64,000 nucleotides of DNA from a virus. Lineage: Duplodnaviria > Heunggongvirae > Uroviricota > Caudoviricetes. The stretch is taken from the IMG/VR virus record IMGVR_UViG_3300028048_001599. The stretch is one strand, 5' to 3'. The notes beneath the pieces are model-generated. The model saw nothing but the letters and a program-made list of their open reading frames with translations, made no database searches and was not told the origin of the DNA. The first letter of the stretch is position 1, and each line of letters begins with the position of its first letter. Both the position numbers and the translations under genes were made by a program. Positions 10,574 to 18,755 of this stretch are shown here, one piece after another.

Positions 10574-11272
10574 ATGGACAATATTGATAGACAACTGGAA
10601 CAATTGATTGAGCGTAACGCAAATAAAATCAGTCATGGTGGTCAGGTAATGTTTATGACTTGTGTAAATTCTTTTACATTTGGTTGTAATTGGGGCTTTA
10701 TTAAAAAAGATACTCAAGCATTCAAAGACACTGTTGAGGCTCTTAAGGAAGAAAAGCAGAACATTCACTTTTATCGTGTAAATAATGGTATTATGATTGA
10801 ATGTAACGAACGTTATTTGTATCATGTTATAGACACTATATTTGAAGGCAAGTGTCCTGTAAATTATCAGCAACTCGCTGAGCGTAGGAAGTCTGAACCT
10901 GAGACATTTGCAAAGTGGATGAAGCGTGTCCGTAAAGACATTGCAAAACTTCCTTATGTAAAACCTGCTAAGCTTGCTGGTGGTTATGAAATCACTTGTG
11001 CAGTATGTGGGGTAAATGATAGTCATGAGATAAGAGTAGGTGGGGTGTCATATCCTGCTTTCAAGCTTAGTTTGAATGAGATGTTGACAATGTTCAGTTC
11101 AAATCCTGATTTTGCTAACACACATATTGGGGTAATGACTGAGAGTGGTGGTTTCACTTATGCACCTATTTCTCAGATTTATGGAAATACTGAATATACA
11201 AAGGCTGTTTATAGAGCCGCTACAATTTCAGAGTCGAACACTGGTCTGTTTATTAAACTGTGGGTACAATAA
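10574..11272 (+). CDS. Hypothetical protein
   Basis: ORF with RBS GGGGAGGT. It is followed by a perfect 12-bp hairpin terminator. Confidence 0.6.
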   Translation: MDNIDRQLEQLIERNANKISHGGQVMFMTCVNSFTFGCNWGFIKKDTQAFKDTVEALKEEKQNIHFYRVNNGIMIECNERYLYHVIDTIFEGKCPVNYQQLAERRKSEPETFAKWMKRVRKDIAKLPYVKPAKLAGGYEITCAVCGVNDSHEIRVGGVSYPAFKLSLNEMLTMFSSNPDFANTHIGVMTESGGFTYAPISQIYGNTEYTKAVYRAATISESNTGLFIKLWVQ

Positions 11273-11283
11273 TGAATTTTAGT

Positions 11284-11321
11284 AAATGGGTTAATACTAA
11301 ACATTAACCCATTTAACTTTT
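11284..11321 (+). terminator. Rho-independent terminator
   Basis: Arms aaatgggttaat / attaacccattt (12 bp perfect) followed by AACTTTT. Confidence 0.65.
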
Positions 11322-11337
11322 AAGAGGTGTAAGTGGT

Positions 11338-11826
11338 ATGAATATAACTTGGTATGACTTGTATCATTCGTTATTACAAAAACCTATAGATTTAGAGATT
11401 AGGGAAGCACTTGAAGATGGTTCATTCCCTACAAAGTTTATATCTCTATCTCGTAAGGTGGATTTAACAGGACTAAAAGGTTTTAGTGATAAAGTCACTT
11501 CTATAGCAGAGCAAGTGATAAAACAAAGGGGTATTAAGATACCGTCTGGAACAGGTAAACAAAAGATTATTTCTTATGCATACTCTAATGGTTGGTTAAC
11601 TCCTGCATACCCAAGGATAGTGGGGTACGTTTCAGAATTTTTAGCACATAAGGTAACACCTTATGATATGCCCTCGTGTCATTGGCTTGAGATTTTCTGT
11701 AGAACATATGACCTTAAGTCTGGTACAAATATTTGGCAAAATTACGTTGATTTTAAGGATATGGTTGGTGCTGATAATCTTGTTGTTCTTCAGCAAGAGG
11801 TTGACGAATTGGCAGAATACATGTAA
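11338..11826 (+). CDS. Hypothetical protein
   Basis: ORF with RBS AGAGGTG. Confidence 0.55.
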   Translation: MNITWYDLYHSLLQKPIDLEIREALEDGSFPTKFISLSRKVDLTGLKGFSDKVTSIAEQVIKQRGIKIPSGTGKQKIISYAYSNGWLTPAYPRIVGYVSEFLAHKVTPYDMPSCHWLEIFCRTYDLKSGTNIWQNYVDFKDMVGADNLVVLQQEVDELAEYM

Positions 11827-12017
11827 CGGTTGTGCTAATATGAAAATTAAAAGAGTTATAGCTATAATATTAGTTTCATTAACTATTGCAGGAACTGCTT
11901 CAGTTGGTATAGTTGCAGGAGTACTACCGCAAATGCAGTAGTCTATAGTAATTCTACTAATGTTACTTAGAAAAAAGTAGTAATAGTTTACTCAGAATAC
12001 AAAAGGTTGGGGTATAA

Positions 12018-12581
12018 GTGATAAAGAAGTCAGAAATAGTAAGACTTGCAGAGAGTAAGGTTGACCTGATAGAATATTTCAATACTTACGTTGTCGGTGA
12101 GGTAAAGATAGGTAATCATAGACAAGTAGTAAAACCTATCCAAAAAGGTGGTTCAACAATATGTCCTCTTCATGCTGAAACAGACGCTTCATTTAAGGTG
12201 TTTCAGAAAAACGGTTTAACATTGTTTCATTGTTTTGGTTGTAATACTGGTGGTTCTGTTGTTGACTTGTATAGACGCATAGAGGGGCAAAAGAAGGGGG
12301 TATCAATGTCGAAAGATGATGCCGCAAAAAGTTTATTGTCCTTATACGGTTTTGAGGAGATAGCACAGGAGGCATTACAAGACGTAAATCCTTTAAAGTT
12401 GGCACTTGAAAAAATAAGGGGTTTCAAGAAAGTTGAAATCAACCAAACATTCAATATTATCACATTTAATCAGCAAAATAATAAAATAAGGTTGCAAACT
12501 GATACAGAAAGAAAAATTAAACAGTTTGGTCAACTTGATAGAATGTTAAGTGCATATGTCGAAACAATGAATGAAACGTAG
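12018..12581 (+). CDS. DnaG-type primase CHC2 zinc-finger domain protein. It is stand-alone, with no TOPRIM domain.
   Basis: CPLHAETDASFKVF...FHCFGCNTGGSVVDLY matches the CHC2 zinc-binding motif of bacterial/phage primases. It has a GTG start with RBS AAAGGTTGGGGTA. Confidence 0.65.
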   Translation: MIKKSEIVRLAESKVDLIEYFNTYVVGEVKIGNHRQVVKPIQKGGSTICPLHAETDASFKVFQKNGLTLFHCFGCNTGGSVVDLYRRIEGQKKGVSMSKDDAAKSLLSLYGFEEIAQEALQDVNPLKLALEKIRGFKKVEINQTFNIITFNQQNNKIRLQTDTERKIKQFGQLDRMLSAYVETMNET

Positions 12582-12592
12582 TAGGTGATATT

Positions 12593-13024
12593 ATGGCAAA
12601 AGAGAGAATTTTGTATGATACTAATGATTATACTGATGACTACGAATTAATGTATGATGATTTGATGTTTTTGAGAAGGACAGCTGATAAAAATGTGTTA
12701 ATTGAGTCTTGCGTAGCAATAGCACGTTTAGGCTTGTGGAATGGTACAGTTTGGGGGTATTCACTCAGAAGGTCACTTGGCGACTGTTTTAAGGTAGAAA
12801 ATGATTGTGCTATATTTAAATGGTATATTGACGGACGAAATAATTTACGTTCATCGCAAACACATCATGATGGTACACATAATATTCTTTATAGAATGTG
12901 GAAACCTAATATATCAGACAGTTCACGTCAGACATTTTTGAATAAAATAACAAATCAGACTGTAACATCAAATGATATATCAAGATACACTGTAGGTCTT
13001 GGTAAATATTTCGTAAAGGAGTAA
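12593..13024 (+). CDS. Hypothetical protein
   Basis: ORF with RBS AGGTGAT. Confidence 0.5.
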   Translation: MAKERILYDTNDYTDDYELMYDDLMFLRRTADKNVLIESCVAIARLGLWNGTVWGYSLRRSLGDCFKVENDCAIFKWYIDGRNNLRSSQTHHDGTHNILYRMWKPNISDSSRQTFLNKITNQTVTSNDISRYTVGLGKYFVKE

Positions 13025-13029
13025 TAAAT

Positions 13030-13827
13030 ATGAAAGGTTTAGTAAAAAGAGTATGTACGTCAGCACTTGCATTAGCAATGTTAATAGGTGTAGGATCAGG
13101 GGTAACCCCAACTGCTTATGCAGCATCTTCAGGTTCTACAGCTTCGGCTTCTGCAAATGTGCCTACTATCAAAGCACAACGAATCTCTTCAATGGAGCTT
13201 TATGTTGGAACAACTTTTAGTGTTGATGCAGCTTATTGGGTTTATGCTACCACTGGTTTCCTTCCTGAATACGGAAATCTTGGAAAATATCAGGTTGTAA
13301 GTGCAAAATCTTCTAAATATAGTGGACTACAGGTTAAATGGTTATGTACTGAGAAAGTCGGCAAAACTGTACTTGGTTGTTCTAATCAGGTAAAGGCAAT
13401 TAAAGCTGGTAAGTACACAATCAAAGTAAGAATCATGGACAAATCTAATAAAAATAAGCAGACAGACTACACTATAAAAGTGACTGTTATGAATAAACCT
13501 AAGACTGCACAGGTAATTAAGAAGACATATACTGTTTCAACAGCAGATAAAACTAATATGACATATTATAATACTTATAGTACACTTCTTCAACGTGGAG
13601 TGTCTGCAAATTGTTTTCTTCCTGTAGTATACGGCGACTTCAAGCGTGTGATATCTGTATCTAATAAGAATGTGGCAGATGTAAAAATTGTATCAATGAA
13701 TGTCAATAGTGCTGGTTATAAAGAACCTGCACTAAAGGTTACAGTCAAGAAAACTGGTAAGACAGTAGTAAAAGTCGAAACAACATCGGGTAGAATAATT
13801 CAAATGACATTGAATTGTAAGAAATAA
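13030..13827 (+). CDS. Secreted protein with a signal peptide
   Basis: RBS AAGGAGT. The N-terminus MKGLVKRVCTSALALAMLIGVGSGVTPTAYA is a signal peptide with an AYA cleavage site. Confidence 0.6.
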   Translation: MKGLVKRVCTSALALAMLIGVGSGVTPTAYAASSGSTASASANVPTIKAQRISSMELYVGTTFSVDAAYWVYATTGFLPEYGNLGKYQVVSAKSSKYSGLQVKWLCTEKVGKTVLGCSNQVKAIKAGKYTIKVRIMDKSNKNKQTDYTIKVTVMNKPKTAQVIKKTYTVSTADKTNMTYYNTYSTLLQRGVSANCFLPVVYGDFKRVISVSNKNVADVKIVSMNVNSAGYKEPALKVTVKKTGKTVVKVETTSGRIIQMTLNCKK

Positions 13828-13887
13828 GCTATGACAATGGCGATGTGTGTTGATACATGCATCGCCATTATAAGGAGATGTTTTAAA

Positions 13888-14229
13888 ATGATTCGTTGTT
13901 ATAAGAATGGTAATATTGACATAAGAATTGACAAAGATACATTAAAAGAGTTAAGAAACAAATGTGGTAATGACAGACTTACATATTATAATCAAATTTA
14001 TTATATTGTATGTACTGAGCTTGACTCTTATGATACGTGCGTTGTAGGTGATCCTTTTTGTATGGGAAATGACTGTATAGCATATAAATTATACTGTTAT
14101 CGTACAGACAAAAGTGGAATACTTTTAGATAGGGATATTTATAAACTAATGTCTGGTAGTTGTATTAAGATAACAATGTCAACGCCTGATAAGTATGAAC
14201 GTGAACAATTAAAAGAATTGTTAAATTGA
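13888..14229 (+). CDS. Hypothetical Cys-rich protein
   Basis: ATG 13888 is preceded by AAGGAGA. The longer ORF from 13831 lacks an RBS. Confidence 0.5.
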   Translation: MIRCYKNGNIDIRIDKDTLKELRNKCGNDRLTYYNQIYYIVCTELDSYDTCVVGDPFCMGNDCIAYKLYCYRTDKSGILLDRDIYKLMSGSCIKITMSTPDKYEREQLKELLN

Positions 14230-14236
14230 GGTAATT

Positions 14237-14683
14237 ATGAAACGTCAGGACAAATATCCAAATACTGATACATTTAGGTTTTACAATGCTAATCCTTTAG
14301 GAAAATATACTGGTGATTGTGTAGCACGTGCAATAAGTGCTGTAACTGGTATGTCTTGGGAGACTGTTATTGTTGAGATAACAAATTTTGGAATACCATT
14401 AGGTTTACCTTATGATGTTCCCGATTGTTACTCAAAATATATCGAACATTTAGGTATGGTTAAGTTTTCACAACCACGTGTTGGTAAAAAGAGATTGACA
14501 GGTAAACAATTTTTGAAACAATTCAAGGGTGCATGTGTACTACATATTGGTGGACTTCATATTGTATGTGCAAACAAAGGGGTAATTTTTGATACTTGGG
14601 ATTGCACAGATAATTGTGTTGGTAATTTTTGGGTTGTACCTAAGGACGTAGATTTAGTACCTGAACAATGGAGGTTGTTATGA
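14237..14683 (+). CDS. Hypothetical protein (Cys/His-containing, possible peptidase-like)
   Basis: ORF with RBS TGAGGTAAT. Confidence 0.5.
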   Translation: MKRQDKYPNTDTFRFYNANPLGKYTGDCVARAISAVTGMSWETVIVEITNFGIPLGLPYDVPDCYSKYIEHLGMVKFSQPRVGKKRLTGKQFLKQFKGACVLHIGGLHIVCANKGVIFDTWDCTDNCVGNFWVVPKDVDLVPEQWRLL

Positions 14684-14958
14684 TAAAAGAAGGTTACTTT
14701 GTGTGTGTTTTTAATCATTATTACTTCTTAGAAACACCAAATAAGCATAAATCAAAAGCAATGGCTCAATTTGTTGGTTACCGTATAGGTAAGACATCGG
14801 AATCAGAGATACAGATTATTAATGAATTATTATATAAGGTAGATTTGGAGATGTACCAATCAAATGGTGTCAACCGTGTTCGGATATACGGTAGAAAAAT
14901 AAATATGGATATTCCTCAAAATGAATTGACCTATGTTGGTAAATATGAATGGAGATGA
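14668..14958 (+). CDS. Hypothetical protein
   Basis: ORF with RBS GGAGGT. It overlaps the upstream stop. Confidence 0.5.
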   Translation: MEVVMIKEGYFVCVFNHYYFLETPNKHKSKAMAQFVGYRIGKTSESEIQIINELLYKVDLEMYQSNGVNRVRIYGRKINMDIPQNELTYVGKYEWR

Positions 14959-14963
14959 TTTAA

Positions 14964-15173
14964 TTGGCTACAAAGCTTATATCGGACGCAGAGTTCAAAA
15001 GAGATGTTGACCTTTGTAATACAGTATTAGCACAGAGGTTTGGCAGAACAGTTATGGTGTCAAGGGGTAAACCGACCATTTGGGTGAATGGACGTAAGAT
15101 TGCTTCTTGTGATAATCGTGATGAAGCTCAGAAGGTACTTTGGGCATTAACTGAATTTGCAAAAGCACTTTAA
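14964..15173 (+). CDS. Hypothetical small protein (TTG start)
   Basis: ORF followed by a strong terminator. Confidence 0.4.
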   Translation: MATKLISDAEFKRDVDLCNTVLAQRFGRTVMVSRGKPTIWVNGRKIASCDNRDEAQKVLWALTEFAKAL

Positions 15174-15177
15174 TTTT

Positions 15178-15221
15178 ATTGATGTGGTGTAGATAAAACA
15201 TACCACATCAATATTTTTATA
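15178..15221 (+). terminator. Rho-independent terminator
   Basis: attgatgtggt...accacatcaat hairpin followed by ATTTTTAT. Confidence 0.65.
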
Positions 15222-15265
15222 AACATTTACTTACACTTAATGATTATAAGAAATGAGGTGTTAAT

Positions 15266-15871
15266 ATGGCAGATATTAGCTTTTTGACTTATGTTTTAAC
15301 AATATGTAATACGATTGAAACTTGTAATAACAATCGAACTGATTTAAATATAAATAACTTTATTGATATTTACGTTGACTCAAAGGAAGGATTTGCATAT
15401 ATAGTCTTATCATCAAGGGGTAACACGAATTTAGAAATCCTACAAGGTATATGTCAGCAAATGAGATTAGATATTCCTGTATATGTTGGGGAAGTACGTG
15501 GTTACATTATAGTTTCCTTAAACTCGGATAAGGGTTTTACCAAATTCAAGACAAGAGGTAAACATGCGGTTGGTGATACTTATGGTATATTCCTAATTCT
15601 GTATGAAATCGTAAATCGAATAACATCAGCTAATTTTTATAACTACGATTACTGCTTGATAAATACAGCAAATCAGAAAATTACATTATCCTCGGATGTT
15701 TGTGCATTAGATAATTCTGATAAAGATAGAACAATAGAAATTGTTACTAAGACAATACGGTATGCAAGTAGGTTTCCTATTTATGCACCGGCTAAAAATT
15801 TTTCTATAAGTATTAGAAGTGAAAAAGGTACAAGTAGTATTGTTATTTATGTACCTGTACTAAGGAAGTGA
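15266..15871 (+). CDS. Hypothetical protein
   Basis: ORF with RBS TGAGGTG. Confidence 0.55.
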   Translation: MADISFLTYVLTICNTIETCNNNRTDLNINNFIDIYVDSKEGFAYIVLSSRGNTNLEILQGICQQMRLDIPVYVGEVRGYIIVSLNSDKGFTKFKTRGKHAVGDTYGIFLILYEIVNRITSANFYNYDYCLINTANQKITLSSDVCALDNSDKDRTIEIVTKTIRYASRFPIYAPAKNFSISIRSEKGTSSIVIYVPVLRK

Positions 15872-15875
15872 TAGA

Positions 15876-16238
15876 ATGTTTAAGTTATTTATGGGTTGCT
15901 TTGGTAACGGCACTTTGATATGTAATTCAGCAGTAAGGGAAAATGGTGACTATAAGAAAATAGCCCATATATCAAATGGGGGTAACATTACATGGTATGT
16001 TCCTGAAAATGAAATTCCTCCTGACGACCTAACAATTATAAAAGATACCGCAAAAAATGCTAAGTCTAAGTTTAAAAAGGATTTTGAGCAACATGATAAA
16101 ACTTGGCAGTATTACTATATGTTAAATTCTTTTAATATTGATCGTGTGCAATATTACTTGTCTGATGAATACAAAAATTCAAAGGACTTTGACCATCGAC
16201 TTTCCGAAATGCGAAATTATTTTTATAGTATAGCATAG
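15876..16238 (+). CDS. Hypothetical protein
   Basis: ORF with RBS AAGGAAGTGA. Confidence 0.5.
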   Translation: MFKLFMGCFGNGTLICNSAVRENGDYKKIAHISNGGNITWYVPENEIPPDDLTIIKDTAKNAKSKFKKDFEQHDKTWQYYYMLNSFNIDRVQYYLSDEYKNSKDFDHRLSEMRNYFYSIA

Positions 16239-16248
16239 GAGACTGATT

Positions 16249-16464
16249 ATGAGAATTACACTAGCGAGTTGTAAAGACATGTTAAAGAAAATCAATGCAA
16301 TAACAGTACCTCATGGTGTTACATATGATATGCAACGTATCTATGGTTCGTACATTATTGTAGCAAGTGATGATGAACAGGGTGTAGAATTTGGTGACAT
16401 GAAGGTTTGTTATTACGTATTAGTTGGTATTTATAATACATTGCAAAAGTATTATAGGGGGTAA
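16249..16464 (+). CDS. Hypothetical protein
   Basis: ORF with RBS AGGAGA. Confidence 0.5.
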   Translation: MRITLASCKDMLKKINAITVPHGVTYDMQRIYGSYIIVASDDEQGVEFGDMKVCYYVLVGIYNTLQKYYRG

Positions 16465-16469
16465 TCAAG

Positions 16470-16691
16470 ATGGGAATTTTTGAGTTAAAAAAGAAATGTG
16501 AGATAATCAATGAACGTGGTGTGACCAGAAGTTTACATGTAACATTCTCTGTGAAAGAAGAGCCAATAGAAGTATTTACCTTTTATTGTAACGATAACCC
16601 AATCTTCACAGGCTCAGAACATCAGCTGAGAGACCGGATGGAATTTTTAAGTGCTGTATTTTATTCTATTGCACAGTCAAAGGCGAGGTAA
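16470..16691 (+). CDS. Hypothetical protein
   Basis: ORF with RBS AGGGGGTAAT. Confidence 0.5.
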   Translation: MGIFELKKKCEIINERGVTRSLHVTFSVKEEPIEVFTFYCNDNPIFTGSEHQLRDRMEFLSAVFYSIAQSKAR

Positions 16692-16697
16692 GTATGT

Positions 16698-17150
16698 ATG
16701 AAGAAATTTAAAGTAAAATTTTGGCGAGGTAATTCACAGTTACCGAAGGGTGGTTACGAAACTACAAGAATAATTGTTGCACGAACCATGGCATCTGCTA
16801 AGAAAAAGGCTATTGAACAGTCTGAACAGATTTATAGTAATATGATTTTCTTAGACATTGAAGAGATGTTATTTGAAACGTTGAATTATAAGGAATTACT
16901 CAATAAAAGATTAACAGGTGTATACATAGCATATGGTAGTGGTACATTTATTATTCAGGAAAAACCATCAATAAATAAAGCACTTGTAAGTAAATTGACG
17001 AACTATTTGAAGTTGGACGAAGACTTTTTAGCATCTCACATGTTCAAGTACACTAACATTTCCACTGATGGGGATTTTTTATACATTCCAACAAATAATG
17101 AAACAATAAAAATTTGGTGTCAAGCTACAAAATTTCTGAAGGAGGTATAA
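16698..17150 (+). CDS. Hypothetical protein
   Basis: ORF with RBS GAGGTAA. Confidence 0.55.
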   Translation: MKKFKVKFWRGNSQLPKGGYETTRIIVARTMASAKKKAIEQSEQIYSNMIFLDIEEMLFETLNYKELLNKRLTGVYIAYGSGTFIIQEKPSINKALVSKLTNYLKLDEDFLASHMFKYTNISTDGDFLYIPTNNETIKIWCQATKFLKEV

Positions 17151-17151
17151 T

Positions 17152-17553
17152 ATGTCAGCAATTGATTTTTGGAAATATCAGACGATGGATATAATATTTC
17201 CATACATCATGAATTTCAGAACTAACTGTCATACATTGTTTGGAGCATCTAAATTAACACTGAAATACGATGCTAAAATAAGTGATGATGGTATAAGTGT
17301 GTTGAGAAAAATATCGAACCTACGTATTATATTGACACATGACGGTGTATATTCTGAGAATATTTATGTATCACATGCAGCATATATGACTGACATATGT
17401 AATAGGGTGTTAGACAATCGAAATGTGCAAAATGTGATTGTTAAGATATTACCTCTTGAAAATGCGTATGGGATATGTACATATAGTGTAGCAATAGTTC
17501 AAGGTAATAGACAGGCATATCTGGAATCGGTTCACCGATTTATAATAGAGTGA
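17152..17553 (+). CDS. Hypothetical protein
   Basis: ORF with RBS GGAGGT. Confidence 0.5.
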   Translation: MSAIDFWKYQTMDIIFPYIMNFRTNCHTLFGASKLTLKYDAKISDDGISVLRKISNLRIILTHDGVYSENIYVSHAAYMTDICNRVLDNRNVQNVIVKILPLENAYGICTYSVAIVQGNRQAYLESVHRFIIE

Positions 17554-17597
17554 TACTCGAAAAGTCACCTTTGTTTTTAATGACAGAGGTGATTTTT

Positions 17598-18395
17598 ATG
17601 TCGATAGGAAAATATTTTTACAAGATGTGGTTAGCAGTATTAATAATAGCTTTAAGTATAGCATTATTGATATCTTCTTTTATGCTAAACTCATTTAATC
17701 AAGCAAGGAAACTATCATTATCAGATGTTACAAATAAGGATAAAATAGAAGTTGTAAAGACAGTGAACACTGAGGTAAATCAAGGAGGGGTACTTTATTC
17801 AGAACTTGTAGGTAATCTTAGTTTAGATAATTATACAATTGTTGTAAGAAGTACCCGTGACCACATTGATTCAAATGATAATTACGTAATAAAACCATAT
17901 GATTTGGTTTATACATATACAAATAATGGTACTAACGAGTATTGGACACAGATATCGTATAAAAATGATAAATATGGGGTAAATAAGTACCTAAGTAAGA
18001 TTTCAGTAACAAAAAGAGCAAATGGGGTATATACTTACTCAAATTTTATAAAGAAATCGGAATATTCATCAAAAAACCCTTATAAGTTAGGTACATTTGT
18101 AGAAAAAGATTATATTGGTGAAATTTCAAACAAAGAAATGAAATATATAAGTGATATACTTTTTCAAGTTATTGTTGACACTTCTCCACTTATTTATAAA
18201 ATAAGTGATTTTAATGAAAATTGTAAAATAATTAATAAATCTGATAATTATGAAATGTACCAATATTCTAAAAATGATACTATTTCAAATATTGAAGTAT
18301 ATAAGGCGAATGATTTTTGGGTCTATAGAGTTGTACCGACTTATAATTCTGTTAGCGATTTGACATATCAGTATCAAATAAAGTTTGAAATATAA
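17598..18395 (+). CDS. Membrane-anchored hypothetical protein
   Basis: ATG 17598 after AGAGGTGA. It has an N-terminal TM helix (WLAVLIIALSIALLISSFML). Confidence 0.55.
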   Translation: MSIGKYFYKMWLAVLIIALSIALLISSFMLNSFNQARKLSLSDVTNKDKIEVVKTVNTEVNQGGVLYSELVGNLSLDNYTIVVRSTRDHIDSNDNYVIKPYDLVYTYTNNGTNEYWTQISYKNDKYGVNKYLSKISVTKRANGVYTYSNFIKKSEYSSKNPYKLGTFVEKDYIGEISNKEMKYISDILFQVIVDTSPLIYKISDFNENCKIINKSDNYEMYQYSKNDTISNIEVYKANDFWVYRVVPTYNSVSDLTYQYQIKFEI

Positions 18396-18657
18396 CTTTT
18401 TGATTTAATTAAAACCTTTTTATATTTTTATTAAGTCTTGTACGATTTTTCGTATTATTTCCGAAAATTTCAGAAGTTGTAAAAATTAGTAAAAATACAA
18501 GGACTAAAATTTGGGTACTTTTAAGGATTATGAATAGTAAAAATGTAGGACTTATTTCGACATTATTGTTATAATAAAATTCAAGAAATTTTCGTAATTG
18601 CAAAAGTCGGAATAGGGTATTGTGAAAATTTAACACATTTTGCAAGATAAAAAATTA

Positions 18658-18686
18658 TTGACATTTTCTGATAAATGTGTTATAAT
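18658..18686 (+). promoter_or_regulatory. Consensus sigma-A (sigma70-type) promoter
   Basis: TTGACA, a 17-nt spacer, then TGTTATAAT (extended -10). It lies in the 360-bp AT-rich intergenic region upstream of 18756. Confidence 0.7.
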
Positions 18687-18755
18687 TATTTAGTAAATTA
18701 ACCCTCACGGGTTTAATTTAATATACATTTTAATTATGAAAGGACGTAGTTAATT

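Noticed and set aside
18409-18645. Minus-strand 78-aa ORF in the intergenic region
   Set aside because: It has a TTG start and no RBS. It overlaps the AT-rich promoter region that carries a consensus + strand promoter.
18396-18755. Iteron-like GAAAATTT triplet as a replication origin
   Set aside because: Only three loosely spaced copies in an AT-rich region. Indistinguishable from chance by eye.
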